Below the pieces are notes generated by a model. The model ran no database searches, was not told the origin of the DNA, and worked only from the letters and a program-made list of their open reading frames with translations. A program made the position numbers and the translations under genes. Positions 12,044 through 27,289 of a stretch of DNA of 64,000 nucleotides are shown one piece after another; the first letter of the stretch is position 1; each line of letters begins with the position of its first letter. Source of the DNA: Chrysomallon squamiferum (lineage: Eukaryota > Animalia > Mollusca); contig CM022672.1 of NCBI GenBank assembly GCA_012295275.1, positions 4,898,001 through 4,962,000 of the forward strand, given 5' to 3'.

Positions 12044-12746
12044 ATGGGTGTATGAGGAATGGGGTAGGGTGTGTGTGTGTGTGTGTGTGTGTTTAAGACT
12101 GAACGTAAACTAAGGTTTCTTTTTTTTTTTTTTTTTTCGTTACCTTTTTCATTTTTTCCTTTATTATTCTTTTTTAACGTGCACTCCCATGTAAAATGGG
12201 ATGCAGAGACAGGTGTTGCAACGGGAAATACAGCAAAGTATTTGTTCAGTAATCCATACAGCACCGTGTACAGAAATGCAGTAATAAACAATACACATAT
12301 ATACATATATAATAATTGTTTTCTTTAAGTTTGCACGCACAGACAGAAAAGCAAATACTACAGCCTTTAATATTTAATTATTTTTATGGCACTGACTGGA
12401 CCGGGAAATATTTTATGATCTTTGTATAATGCGAATGAAAAGATACTTACCTACTACTGTTATTCAAATATTATAAAAACTGACGAGAATGTTTTAGCTG
12501 CAGTGAAAAAACCCCACCCAAAAACAAAAGCTTGTGAAAAGCGTTATATAAAAATAAATGGTTAATAAATATTGCACTGAATGTTTTTTTTTTTGTTTTT
12601 TTCAGATAAGACCATCACTTAGTTCAGAAAGTTAAACAACTGTATTTGGTTACTAAAATCTTATAATGAAAACCCTGAAACATTTATATATTATAATAAC
12701 ATTAGATCTAATATCAACAACAACAACAACAACATAATAATAAAAA

Positions 12747-12802
<56 letters not shown>

Positions 12803-12952
12803 CAACAACAACAACAACAACAACAATAATAAATTAATAAAACAAAAACAAAATACGAATCCATTTTTACATGTTTTTTTTTATTAAACTATTATATAGT
12901 TATAATTTAATGATTATTACTCTTATTATAAAATAATAATAACAACAACAAC

Positions 12953-13021
<69 letters not shown>

Positions 13022-13690
13022 CTCTCACTAAAAAATTAATACTTATAGCACTAAAATAAAAAATATCCTCCAAAATGTGAATGAAAATTAATGCATAATT
13101 CTCAATGTTGATAGACACACAGCCAACATGCCCAGAAATATTAACTGGCGGAAGACTGGCCACATCCTGTTTCAACAGGCGGAAGTTCAGGCATGCATAA
13201 ATTATTATAATATCTATCATAAATTAAATGAGGTGAAAGTCAACGCTATAACGTTCAGTCGGAGAAAACTGTTGTGCAGTATGTCTTGTGATGACTAAAA
13301 GTTAGTTTCACAGCGTCAGAGCTGTTTGAAACATAAATGTTTTATTTTTATTTTAGACGCCGAAGATGCACATATGTCCAGATAACTGCTTTAGTCTCAT
13401 GATCTTCAGTTATTTATGATCTGAATTTGTATGTTTGCATGAATGTGAATATACGTCTATGTGCATGTAAATCTGTATGTATGTATAATTATATTCATGA
13501 ATGTATGTATGTATGTATGTATGTAAGTATGTATGCATGCATGTATATATGTATGTATTTATGTATTTATGTATTATAAGCGAGCGCCTGTGTGTATATG
13601 AATATGAATTGAATATTTTTATGTGATTATATATATCAACTTGTCTATGAAATTAATTCTTTGGTATCTAAGAAACTGTCATAAAGCTAT

Positions 13691-14443
13691 CTAATTTAAT
13701 TTTCTACTTGAGACGTCGTCGTCGTCACCAACACTAAGATTGTATTTTCTTCTGGCTCGTTCGAAAATGTCGTCATCATCGTCGTCGTCATCGTCGAGGT
13801 CCAGTGAGTCTAATGAAGCGCGACCCCAGCTCTGACTTCTGCTGCTCTTGTTCTGGCTCGTGTCACGACTACGACTATCACTATGGTTACGACCTCTGCT
13901 GGGACGGTAACCAGGAGTCAGTTGTTGCTGTCGTGGTTTCGATTTGTTCCTTTTGTCAGCAGCCTCTGTTTTATGAAACAAAGTCAAAAATGATAACCCA
14001 GAAATAATGGCAACTTAAAAACGAACGAAGAAAGAAAAAAAAACAATTTTCTTTATTTTATTTAATGGGTGGTTCAAAAGATTTTAACTCTTGGTCACAT
14101 ATGTTCGACTATGGAACAAGGCTTAGAACTGAAATCTACAGCGGCTGCGCTTTTTCTGTAAACATCAAAGAGTCTTTTGTATGTTTTTTTAATAACAGTG
14201 AAATAGTATTAATAAGATGAACTGTTTAACCTATGTGGATGAAGATGTATGGTAAACTGAGGTGAGTGTACCTGATGTAGTAGAGTCACTGATGGCGTTT
14301 TCTGCTTCCCTGACTATTTTGTTAACATCTTTCTTTTGCTGTTTCACGTTGCCTGTAATAAAATTAGTAGTTTTTAAACACACAGCAAAAGCATTACATG
14401 CAGCAAAAACAAAAGTAGCTGATCACAATTACAAAAACAATGC

Positions 14444-14513
<70 letters not shown>

Positions 14514-16736
14514 GATGATGATGATGATAATGATGATGTAGACGGTAGTAATAATGATGATGATTATGATGATGCGATAATGATCATGATGATGTTGATG
14601 AAGATATCGTAGTTACAAGAACAAATTTGATTTCATACAGAATTTATATTACAAACACTATTTATTTTGCACGTACAAAGATATTGTTAAAACATCTAAT
14701 GATTTTCACATAAAACCAACCTTGGTCGTCATGAACTTCTACAACGATGATATCAATACCCTCCATCTTGGGCGTTTTGCCACTAGCATTCCAAGACGGG
14801 CCTCCATTGTAGTCAAACAGTTGTTTGAACTTTCTCTCGTACTTCTCTTTGGCTTTGTTCTCGTCAAAACTCGTAATGTTCGGCTGCTTCTTGCGCCTCG
14901 GCTTTGGATTATTCTCCGTGTCTTCTCCGTAAGCTTCCGGTAAACCATAGTCGTGTCGATTCATTAACTCGTGCTCCAGAACACGACTAGTAACGTACTG
15001 AGTCCGGAAACGCCGCCATTGTTGTTCTTGAAAACGTTTTCTAACAAACATTAGTTGTCGTTGCTGGCGAATCTTTGACTCGTTCCTTCGTCTTTCTTTT
15101 TCTTTAAGTTCAAGCTGATTTTGTTTTATCATTTCAAATTCGGCTTTCGTTAATTTGTCTATAAAACACTGCTTTCTTTGTTTTTTGTACGAATCTGACC
15201 CGTACACAGAATGCATTTTAATCCACGAATGAGTTTCACGCGGATTAAGCACGTGCTCTTTTTCAGAAGAGCCTGGCGTTTTTCCGCCACGAAATTCAGA
15301 ATCTGAGTGCGAAGTTCTGCTTCGATCGTATTCCGATTTCGTTTTTCGATTCGCAAAACCCATGTACGCTTTGTAAATGTCCTTAGAGTCTGTTATTGTC
15401 GGCTTGTAAGTTAGCTCCCTTTCCTGACGTCTTCTTTCTCTTTCCGAAACACGCATTGGAGGATCAGCGTTCCTGAAATCAGTTCTCCAATCACATTTCC
15501 ATTCACACGTGTGAGTCTTTGGTCTGTTTTCTGCGTCGGAATCAGGACTGACAACAGCCGTCGTTTTGTCATTGTACGTTTCAGCTGAATGTTCTTTACT
15601 TTGTGAAATCTTTGATTTTCTAAGAACGGGTGATGTTTCGTTGGAGGTAATTTGCTCCTTGCTGCTACTGCTGGCATGGAAAATGTCATTTTGTTTATTA
15701 ACAGTGTTATGATGGTCTCTCCCGTGTTGATTGCTATTGTTATCATTATTGTCGTTCTTTTCTGCTGAATGTTTGTTGTTTTGCGATTTATTTTCATTTT
15801 TGTGTTTTTGTGTTTTGTTTTCCTTGTTTGTTTGTTGTTGACGGTGCGCCCTTTTACGTTCTTCACTACAATGAAATTTATTAGTATTATTATTATTATT
15901 ATGACGAAGATGATGATGATGATGACTACAACAATATTAGAGTTGTTTCAGATCCTAAAATTTATGCTTTACAAAGTCTCATCTTACAAACAATTTTGTT
16001 TAGGTTTTTTAACTTTTAAGTCATTTGTAATACAAATGCTAAATATTTGTTACCTGTCATCAACCTCTGTTGAGTTTTCTACTCGCGCTTTGGCCCATGA
16101 CGTAGCGAATTTTTCTTTTGATCTGAAATATGATTAAATAAATAAATAAATAAATAAATAATGATAATTGTTATCATTTCTTTTTTTATTACTTCTGTTT
16201 TCTTTCTTTCTTGCTTGCTCTCTTTCTTTCTATCTTGATTTGTTTCTTTTATCATTATCATTCTTATTACAATCATTTTTATTATCTTTTTTGTTCCTTT
16301 TATTAATTTATTTAAAGGGGAATAACTGTTACTGTTCTGTTTTAGATTTTAATGCGGTTTAGAAAGCTATTAAAATCCTAGGAAAATACTGACAGTTAAT
16401 GTTGCTGGTGAAGAACGTAACTAAAGAAATAATTGAATAATTTTGTACTAAAACACATTCCATTTTCAGATAATATATGTATGTTGCCACACACACAAAC
16501 ACGCACACACACACACACACACAGACAAACAAACACATACATATACACCATACAGACACATAAAAAATATATGGAAAAATAAATTATATACAAATTACAA
16601 CAGAGAAATTATCTCTTTTGAAGTACCCATATTCCATGAACAAAAAAAATATATATATATAAAAATAATAAAAGGTCTTCAAAACAAAACAACAACAAAG
16701 TCAGAACAAGAATAATAATAATAATCATAATCATAA

Positions 16737-16798
<62 letters not shown>

Positions 16799-17098
16799 TT
16801 ATAATAATAAAATACAAAAATACAAATGAAAAAAGGTAATTCAGTAAAGCACAATACACAAAGCTTTATACCTGTTGTATCCCAAATCACGCGCCTGTGT
16901 TGAAATACCGGCATGGTCTGAAAGGAAAAAATAAATAAAATAACAGAGACTGAAGTTAACTGTGAAAAACTACAACACAACAACTGTTACAGCTACTACT
17001 AATACTGCTCCTACTACTGCTACTGTTATTGCTACTACTACGACTACTACTACTGCTTACAGCAACAACAACAACAACTAATAATAATAATAATAATA

Positions 17099-17133
<35 letters not shown>

Positions 17134-18302
17134 ACATGTATTTGACTTTTCGGGCCTGACGATTAGTTCATCAAAGTATTAAAGATTTGAAATGGCGGCT
17201 TTCAAAGGTTATTATTATTTTTTTTATGCTAATCGTGACCAACATATTTCCTCTCTAAATTTAACATAATAATAAAAAAAATAATAATAATAAAAAACAA
17301 CAACAACAACAACAAAAAAAAAAAAAAAAAAACCATGCAAATAAAACAAACAAAAAAACCCAAAAACGAATGAACTCTTATAAAAATGTTAATATTAAAA
17401 TATGTTGAGATGTAGTTAAACATTCATATATTCACCTTCAGGAAGGAAATATAATTGTTTGTTTCTTCTAATTCCTGTATAATTCGATAAACTGCATCAT
17501 ATGATGTTTTCACGTTGAAATATTGATTCCAAAGATTTCTTTACAATATATATAAAACAAAATAATTCTAAAGTCATAATCATTATTCTCAGTTGTTTAT
17601 AACTGAACAGATGTGGTTAAGGAGTCGTAATATTCCTCGTAGTCGTTATAACGAATAAAATTAAGAATTAAAAAAAATGCTTTTGGTGTATGAAAAATTC
17701 TGATTCTTTTTCTAATATGACTAACAAGATGAAAGACAAAGTCAGAGATTCGCTTAATGCAGTGTGTGAATTTTTTATTAGCAAAACAGAAATAACTGTA
17801 AATGGGAAATCGGTTTTCATTCCAAACGACTTTTAGCTTAAAGACAAGTTATATGAATAAAAACTCTGCTGTTCATCTAGTGGCCAAAGCATTTCAGATC
17901 ACCATAAACACGAAAAATTTCTAAGTTTAGTTCTTGAAGGCAGAACGATTTTATTCTTATTTATTTGTGAATCAGCACAAGTAAGCTTAATAGGAGACAT
18001 ATAAAAATTTATTATTTTTTCTTGTTTCACAACACAAGTAAGCTTAGAGAGGAAACATAGAGAGTTTTCCTCTTAATTTTTTAAAATTTTGTTTACACTT
18101 TTACCATTCTTATTAATAATGCTTTCTTCTTTCCATTCTGAATCTTCCCCTTATTAATTTAGTTCATTAAACAGCGAGAAAGTATCTTTAACGAAAAAAG
18201 ATAAATAACAAAAACCTATTATTTTCAACGAAACTGTAATCATTAAACCTCAGAATGTACGTACTTGCGTGCGTGCGTGTCTGTGTGCTTACCTCTGACC
18301 AT
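13691..18302 (-). CDS. Uncharacterised ~541-aa charged, low-complexity/coiled-coil protein, join of 18293..18302, 16872..16917, 16054..16122, 14721..15865, 14272..14352, 13691..13965
   Basis: All exons are AG/GT-bounded with matching phases (1,2,2,1,1), total 1626 nt. Joins ORF-track entries 14662..15456 and 13691..13987. Ends in poly-D then IFERARRKYNL. Start codon uncertain: the frame stays open through 18376 and 19246..19470. Confidence 0.72.
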
Positions 18303-19359
18303 AATATTATTTATCTTTGGTACTGGTTTTTGTTGTGAATTACCTAGTGGAGATGTCAAGATTTGTCTTGCCTCATCTGCAACACGTGAAATTTCAGTTT
18401 TAAACACTGACTCCCCCCTCTCTCTTTCACCCCTCCATCATCCTCTTTTTCTCTCTCTCTTTTTCTTTCTCTCTCGTTATCTCTCTCCATATCTCTCTCT
18501 CTTTCTTTCTTTATAATAATTTAAGTTCAGATTAAAAAAAGAAATCTAAAGTTCTTAACATATATTAATAGTTTATTTTGAAAGTTTATAGCAGTAGTTA
18601 AACTGAAATTTTGAAGGTAATTCAAGTACTGTTTTATTTACGTGTCTTCATTTTAAACTTAGGATAAAGAACAAATAAAATAAAATGAAATAAAATAAAA
18701 CTGAAACAAAACAAAAAAAAAGAAACAGTAGAAAAAGTAAATAAATAAATAAATAAATAATAAAAATAAAATACAACAAATCAAAATTTAAAGTGATGAG
18801 TCTAAAATAATATTAATTTTAAAAAGTACATCAAAAAACAAATACTTTTACTATGTTAAATCTAATGTCTAAATGTTAAGTTTTAATTACTTTTTATTTT
18901 AGAGTTCTTTTGTAACACTGAAAATTATTACTTAATATGCTCTTATCCCGTGAAACTAGAGAGGCGCTGAATGTGACACTGATATCAGATATTAAACAGC
19001 AACATCAAGTTAAACATCGATTAAAATAATACAGATTGAATATACAACTCTTAAATCAGATACTAAATAAGTTATGACACTAGACTGGAATAACATATGC
19101 CATAAAACGCCCAATGAAAAATTATAATTATATAACGGTAAATATATACATAAACAGATATGAAATAAAAATACGGCTACAATGTCACTGTTATTGTATC
19201 GATTGTACTGCAGATATAACACGTTATAACAAACAGCTGAAATACCCTGTTTTCGAGGCGGCAAAGGCTGCTGACGTTTTTTCGACGACTGATGAGCGTC
19301 AGTTGCTTGGAGATGGTTTCCTTCGTAACGGTAAACCGTGTAATTTCCATCGTCCGATG

Positions 19360-19373
19360 GTTTCCATGGCGAC
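19360..19373. promoter_or_regulatory. RFX X-box in the probable promoter/first exon of the 13691-18302 gene (donor at 19245)
   Basis: GTTTCCATGGCGAC is a close match to GTTNCCATGGNAAC, in a CpG-rich patch about 115 bp upstream of a GT donor. Confidence 0.6.
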
Positions 19374-20824
19374 ACGAGATGACCGTTAGCCTTTGTTGGA
19401 CGCAGTGACGTGTCGCGTTTGTTGACCGCTGGTCTTCCAGTTACTCTGAAATGAGGCAGGGTCAAATTATCTGACTGTCACTTTTGTATGTGTTCGAATT
19501 TCTTTCCGTTTTCGTTCATATTCATTCATTCATTCATTCATTCATTCATCGTTCAATCAGTCACTCAGTCAGTCATTCACTCGGAGTAAGTTACAATCAT
19601 TGCGTCTAATTTTAATATTGATGATGATGATGATGATGATGATTACCAACAACAGCAGCAGCATCAACAATAACGACAAGAACAACAACAACAATAATAC
19701 AGTGTAATTCTTCATACCTCGAACCTCTGCTTTACCTACTAACCACGCCTGTATGTTAATAACAGTCTGTGGAGGGGAAGAACGAGACATACATACATAC
19801 ATACATACATAGAGACATACACATACATACATACACACACACATACACATGTACAACCATATCTTTCACACACAAACACAAATCTGTACAGAGTCACCCA
19901 TAGACATTAAAATAAAATATGTGTGTTTTGTGAAATACACTGACATTCCGTTATGATGCATATAAATAAATAAATAAATAAATAAACCGATTATATATTT
20001 TATATTTATTGTTCATTTGTACTTCGCTTCAGGGTGGTTAGTAAAACCTTACTAAAACACGTTAAGACATAACTTTTTTACTGTTATTTGTTTCTTTACG
20101 TTTTCCTTTTCTCTTTTATCTAAATACAAATTTTATATCTGACAGAGCATGAAAACTGTTAACCAAGTTATGACCTAATTTTTATACTATCTTTTTTTTT
20201 TAACTTTTATTTTTTTCACTCTCACTTCTGGAGAAAACCACACAAGTTTAGATCTGCCAGAGCCTATTGAAAGCACAAACAATGTTAAAACTTTTTTTTC
20301 ATAAACAGACATTTTCACATTATTCAAAACATGTACATTAGTTTTTACTGTTAATTTAATAGACTCTTTTTTTTATCTTTTTTTTAACACACGTACTGGT
20401 GATTAATGTATTTGACATAAAATATAATTTTAAACACTAGCATTGATAAATATCATGTCTGAGAAGTTGTTTTTCCATTAAACCAATTTTAGAATCATTC
20501 TGCTTATTGCATTTATTTTTGTTCTTCTTTCGTGTGCTTCTGAATGTGTATAATTGTGTTTGTATCTCTCTCTATGTGTAAGTGTGTTGCATTGTTATTG
20601 CTGTTGTTGAGAAAACATTAACACGGTCAGAAAGTCAGGTTTAAAAATATTTAGAATAAATTTTATTAATTGTATGGGTTAAGACGATGAGTTCATTACC
20701 AAAAATATTTTTTTCACATAATTGTTTTCACTGTAATATTATGGTATTTATTTATTTGTTTGTTTGGATGATTTTTTTTTTGTTTGTTTGTTTGTTTGTT
20801 TGTTTATTATTTTGTTTGACAGTG

Positions 20825-20857
<33 letters not shown>

Positions 20858-21255
20858 CTGTAACTGCTGACTAGTTCCCCTACTTACTGTTTTACGTCAT
20901 TGTTTACTTACTTACTTATTTACAAATTAAATTATTTCTTTAATTTTTTTATGTTAACTTTAAGCACGAATACGGCGCCCTGTTTCTTTGGGTCAAAACA
21001 AATCTTTTCAGTAAATCGTTAAGCAGAAACATTTCTTTCTTGCTTTTTTCTTTTTGTCTCCCGTATCACTCTGGTCACAGTTCTCACACCATTAATATTC
21101 TGCGCCTGACTGTTTGAATGTAAAGAATAATGTATGGTTTCTTTCATTTCGACGAAAGAACCAGAGAAAAATCCCATTAAATTAAATCTGATATTCTTAA
21201 TGATTTTTGACGTACAGTTACCTCACCTGAACCTGCAGTATTCCGTTTCTATATA

Positions 21256-21290
<35 letters not shown>

Positions 21291-21327
21291 GTTGATTTTG
21301 TAATGAACTTTTCTTTCCTAGTGTTTT

Positions 21328-21424
<97 letters not shown>

Positions 21425-21699
21425 ATATAATTTATGAAACTTAGTTATCATTATTATTATTAATAGTACTAGTGGCAGCAGCAGTAGTAGTAATTGTTGT
21501 AGTATTGTTGTCGTAGTTGTTATTATATATATATTAAAAGTTTTAAATATTAATTACATATTATCGAATTATCACGATGGGAGAGATAAAAAAAAATCAT
21601 AATAATAACAACAAACATCCGAAAACAAACACACACACACACACACACAAAAAAAAACCCATCACCAACATCGTATCAACTACTAACATTGAAAAGAAG

Positions 21700-21850
21700 C
21701 GAAATAATATTTCATAAACACTTTCTGGCAGGTTAGCACATACCACAACATTAAATAAACTAATCACGCAGGAACAGGATAGAATTCGAGTTGTCTGTTA
21801 AGGTTCGGATATGTGGTCTAACAATTGTTATATTCCTTTCAGTCCATTCT
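21700..21850 (-). mobile_element. Degenerate MetaSINE-like fragment
   Basis: CAGGTTAGCACATACCAC is the reverse complement of a Meta-domain-like GTGGTATGTGCTAACCTG; flanks strongly decayed. Confidence 0.3.
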
Positions 21851-22189
21851 GATTAAACGAGTCACTTAATATTCAACAGTTCATAAAACAAAAAATTACC
21901 ACTATGGTGTTTGTTAATTTATACTGTACCATTCAATGATGATGATAAAAAAAAAAAAAAAAAAAAAATACGACATCAATGTTGAATACGAATATTTCTT
22001 TAGGCGTGGCTAATTCAGTGCATCCAGTAATTTCTGAATAAAGTACAAAGTGTATATAATTATACTCGTTAATTTTAGTTCATTGTTTGTAAAAAAATGT
22101 ATATATATATTTTAATTGTTTAGATATTTTACGTATCCAGAATGATTCTTTAGATAATGGTACAGATTAAAATCACGTATACACGCACG

Positions 22190-22290
22190 ACTACACACAT
22201 ATATACACACACGTACACACACATATATACACACACGTACACACACATATATACACACACGTACACACACATATATACACACACGTACAC
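22190..22290. repeat. 24-bp compound (AC/AT) tandem repeat, ~4 copies
   Basis: ACACACACATATATACACACACGT units; explains ORF 22112..22306. Confidence 0.85.
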
Positions 22291-22912
22291 ACACATATAT
22301 ACACACACAATGTCATAAACTAATATATATATTCAGTTAAAAATTGACACATACGCACATGTACAAAAATATGAACACTTATATACTTCACTGTTAACAG
22401 TGTAAACATATATTTTATCTATGAAAAATCTATTCATAATTACACCAGCGGAAATTTCACTGCTTAATTCCAGTTCGGTTAATTATTTATACCTCACACC
22501 ATCACAAATTTCATTCCTCCCATCGTAACTTTATTACACATACCCTTTATATTATTTGTATATTATTTTATATGTTAAAATTACTATCTGAATCGTTGCT
22601 ATTTGCCTGTACGCGAACATTAACCTCTTAGAACAATATCGACCCGGGAAACTAGCTCCAGGACATTTATATTGAAAATACACTTTTACTCAAAGTACAG
22701 ACAACACTGTGTTGCTATTTTTTCTGTTGGGTAAGATACTGTAATATAGGTAATACTAACTATACATTTATCTGTCCATCTGTCTCTCTATACATAGATA
22801 TCTATATATCCATCTGTATGTTTACCTATCTGCCTTTCTGACTTTCTAAATCAATATCTGTATCTATATATTGATCGATCTTCGTGTGTTTCTGTCTATT
22901 TATCACTCTAGT

Positions 22913-23440
22913 TGTTTATCTATCTAGATGACTGTCCATAAATATATTTGTTTACCTATCTGCGTATCTATCTGACTATCTATGTAAGTATGTATGTATG
23001 TATGTATCAGTCTGTCTGTCTGTCTGTGTCTATCTATCAGTCTATCGATCGATCGATCTATCAACATATCTAGCTATCTATCTATCAAGTTGTTTTAGCA
23101 CTGAATGTATTATGCATATATTTTTAATGAGTAGTTCGAGTGATGTAAATTAATTTTGTTCTGTGTAGAGAAGGATAATGTAGTCAGCGTGTCAAATATT
23201 TGTTTATCTATCTAGATGACTGTCCATAAATATATGTGTTTACCTATCTACGTTTCTGTCTGACTATCTGTCTATGTATGTATGCATGTATGTATGTATG
23301 TATCTGTCTATCTGTCTGTCTCTCAGTCTATCTATCTATCAAGTTGTTTTTGCATATATTTTTAACGAGTAGTTCGAGTGATGTAAATTAACCTTTGTTC
23401 TGTGTAGAGAAGGATAATGTGGTCAGCGTGTCAAATATTT
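22913..23440. repeat. Local direct duplication (~290 bp and ~240 bp copies)
   Basis: TGTTTATCTATCTAGATGACTGTCCATAAATATAT ... GTCAGCGTGTCAAATATTT occurs at 22913-23200 and 23201-23440. Confidence 0.85.
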
Positions 23441-26400
23441 CATCAGAAGACGAGGATTAACTTAGAGATTGCATAACGTCGACTGAAGTGACAAGAACAA
23501 TTTCTGGCCGATCTTATTACATCAAATTTTAAAAATCACAATGGATATTATTGCAGTACTTTATTATTATTAAAGTTTTATTTACCATGGGTGCATTTTA
23601 CATTTAAGAACGAAATTTAGAAATCACTTTTGCAATGGAATTGTTTTACATTAGTTATTCAGCAATCAGTAAAGTTTTGAAGTAAAAACGAAAGTAAAGA
23701 AATAAATTAAAAATACATGTAAATTATTAATGACATGTCTGACTTACCTGTTCCCCTTAAACGGATAAGTAACCCATGTACTTTTCCGTGTTTCCGCAGT
23801 GGTTGCATTGAAGCGATCACCATGCGTCGTACAATTATTATTGTTATTCACAGACATATTAAGAAACACATTTGATGCCGCAAGTTAAATAATGTCTGTC
23901 TTCGTATCTGTACTGTACCATCAGAGTGTTTTCTACCTCCATTCACTACACACTTTAAACTTTTTCCAAGAAATGTTTTTTATTATTATTAAAATTGCCA
24001 CCTGTATATATCCAATGAAAATTCAGATTTAAGCGACGCACAGCATATAAAACTAATCAGGTCTGTGGGTTTTGCGAGTAACACAATAATTTACTGTTCA
24101 TTGTTTAAAGAAAAAAATGTTTAATGGTCTATGGTTTTAAAAAAATAATTAAATAAAGTAAAATAAACAAGAAGAAAAGGATTGTTTTATCTTCAGTCAA
24201 TTATTTGTTATATTATCTTTTCTTTTTGTTCTTAGTTCTTACTAGATTTGTTTTTCACTTTTCTAGGTTATTCCTTTCTTTCAAAGAACTAAAAGCAAAT
24301 TGATGTCATTCATTAAAAGATTCATAGCAAAAACAACAAAAGAGAAAAAAAAAATACTGTTTCTATACCAATAAACACCCAGGATAATTAACAACACCAG
24401 AACGAACAAAGCGTTTACAGCGAAATGAGTACAGCTTTGGAAACAGTGGAAGGCGTCGTGGCAAAACGAAGAGTGCTATGGAAACAATTCTTCTGAAGCA
24501 ACACATACTGTATTGTTTGATAAACTCTCTTTACAGAACCGCGAATAGTTCATCATAAACAATCATGCACATTTTATCAAATCCTTTGCTAAAGCTTCGT
24601 GTTTTTTTCTTTGACTTCCATTGTGAAGATTTTTCATCACATTGCTGGCTGACGCCCGAAAGTTCAGACGTTTAATCCCTTGATTGACATCGCAAATGGA
24701 GACCTCCCAGTTTCGATTAATCCCTTCGAACTGTAAACTGCTGGTATATTTCCCAGCACTGGTTCCTTGGATACTTGCTGCTTTCATTTGATACCTGGTG
24801 TACTCTAATTATTTTCAGATAAATTAATTCCGTGCCTGCGAATTTTCTCTAACACAACAGGTGCGGTTCAATGCTGAATGCTAAATGCCTTTAACGTTTT
24901 ATTTACGGTTGCGTAGTGTTATTTAAGGAGGTGAGAAAAAGGATAAACTGCACAACGTCGACAAAGCTTTTATTCGTAAACGTAGCTCGCTGACGAAATG
25001 AAACGAGATAGGTTAACATATTCATTTGTATATTAATTGATTGTTTCTGCAATTTTCAGTTCATTTAAAAATATTTACTCTGATCTTTGTTGTTCCTATT
25101 ATGTCTATTGGTCTTTTACGATTTATTCTTTCTTTTTAGATCATTAACACCAGAAACTGAAAATCCACTAAAATGTCAGGTTTTAGAACATCTATGATTT
25201 AATTCTGTATATAAATACCGTAAGCGAAATTTCCAAACACTAAGATTAAGAACAGTGACTGTTTTTAAAGCATTCCAAAACACAGTTACATTGTTGTAAC
25301 AAGTGAATGTCTTGTGTTTTATTAGTTTATGTATAGAACTGTGATATTATATACAATTTGTATAATTAATTTAGTTCGAAATAATACAAAGACAAATTAA
25401 ATTCAGCCTTATTAGTAGTTTATATTATCAGACTCTTTGGTTAAGGAGGCAGGGCAAAGACGTTCGTTCATTTACCTCAAATTTCGTAAAGGAAAAAAAT
25501 AGGAACCCCCTTCTTTTAAATCGGCTAAATTAACTCGAATTTGCAAGGGTTCATACGGCCATCATCAGAATTTGTTTCTGCAGTGCTTGTAGATGCATAC
25601 AATCATTAATAAAATACATACAGTTATAGAACAAAACAGTGTGTTGGATGGTCGTAAATAAAGTTATGTTGCTGTTAAAAGAAACATATATTCTAAGTTA
25701 GCAGGGATATCACTAATAAACAGAATAAACTGAATAGTAAAAGGTAAATTCAGTAAGAGAAAAAAAGAATAATACATGACAAAACATTAAAAAGAGATGG
25801 ACAAACAGCTAAATGTTCTTTCATCCGAAGAAATTAAAACTAGGATGACTCGAAACTGAATCTTACAGAAATACAAATACATTAAAGCAGAGTTTTATCA
25901 AACTAGTTACTGGTTCATATTTGATTCTGTTTTTAATTTCAGTCTTTACATAAAAACTTAAAATCTATTATTCATTTACCTATTTTACCTGTCACAAAGG
26001 ATAGCTGTGTAAAACTACCAAATGATTTGTAAAGAAAGGTTTTCTAGGTGTTTAGTCAACGTTCACGCTCGCTTACATGCTAGACTGCCATTAAAAATGT
26101 TCATGTTTTATACAGTTTATTATTACGTGTTTTCACTCGAGTCTTCATTAACTGTTTTCTATGTGCGTCACAGTGACTACGTGCCAAGTGCTATTTAGTT
26201 CAGTCGTGTGTTCTGTTAAACCTCCTCGGAAAAAAAAAAAATATAAATAAAAAAAGATTTAAGGACAGAGATTATTTAGCTGTTCAGGTGAAATAAGAAT
26301 GTGTTTGTTCAGCATAGAGATGATTATACTGTATTCTGTGGTGTCCCTCGTTCCATCCTGTGTATCTTGTGAATGTGCTTATATATATATATATATATAT

Positions 26401-26943
26401 GCATGCATGCGCGTGCGTGTAAACTTGCGTGTGTGCGCACGTGTCTGTGTCTAAGAAGGAAAACAGTTTTACTGTGTTTACTGTATTCTAAACCATATTC
26501 GCTTCAGAAATTTTATCCAGGTAATTCTTAGCAGCACCACCCCCCTTAGTTTTTATTATGATTATTATTATTATTATTATTATTTATAACATTTATTATT
26601 TATGGAACTCTTGAAATGTACCGGTACATTAGATATTTATTTATATTTCTTATACTCGAGGATCATACTTAATTCTTCTACAAATGAATGCGATTTGAAA
26701 GATCACGTGAACCATGTGACAATGCCACTGCTCCCTGCCGTGGCAGCTTGAAACACAACTCAACAAAATTCAGTCAGAATAAAGAAACTATTCGAGAATG
26801 CGTCACTTTAATTACGCTTACAGAAAGGAAACGACTCGGGTATGTAATTATAAAAAAAAAAAAAAAAGATAACGATATAAGAATAATAATAATAAAATAC
26901 GTTAAAAAGTAAAAATAAAAATTTGAGATTCTTCAGTATTTAC

Positions 26944-27023
<80 letters not shown>

Positions 27024-27289
27024 TAGTATTAAATACAATAAAGAAGGTGCACGTTTTTTTCTCAAATTTCATTCATTCCACGACCGAGTTCGAACTTTAA
27101 ATCTTCGAACTGACGTCATTACATGGCAACGGCAATAAACAAACATCATGACACCAGTATTAAATAAACATCATTGCAGCAGCGACAACTTATAATTCTA
27201 AAATATCGTCATTCCTAGAATGCTAAAGTAACTGAATAAATACTGAACAAATACTGAATAAATCAACGCTACAGAGTTAAATGAGTTAT

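Noticed and set aside
15411-16137. ORFs 15411..15866 (-) and 15769..16137 (+)
   Set aside because: Alternative frame and antisense of the large exon 14721..15865
19466-19519. ATG at 19519 in frame with ORF 19010..19465 but interrupted by TGA; possible selenocysteine or readthrough
   Set aside because: No SECIS or redox motif seen. The region is better explained as promoter/5'UTR (X-box) with a start at 18302.
24563-24787. 74-aa minus-strand ORF
   Set aside because: No recognisable motif and a weak acceptor; kept only as a possible partner exon
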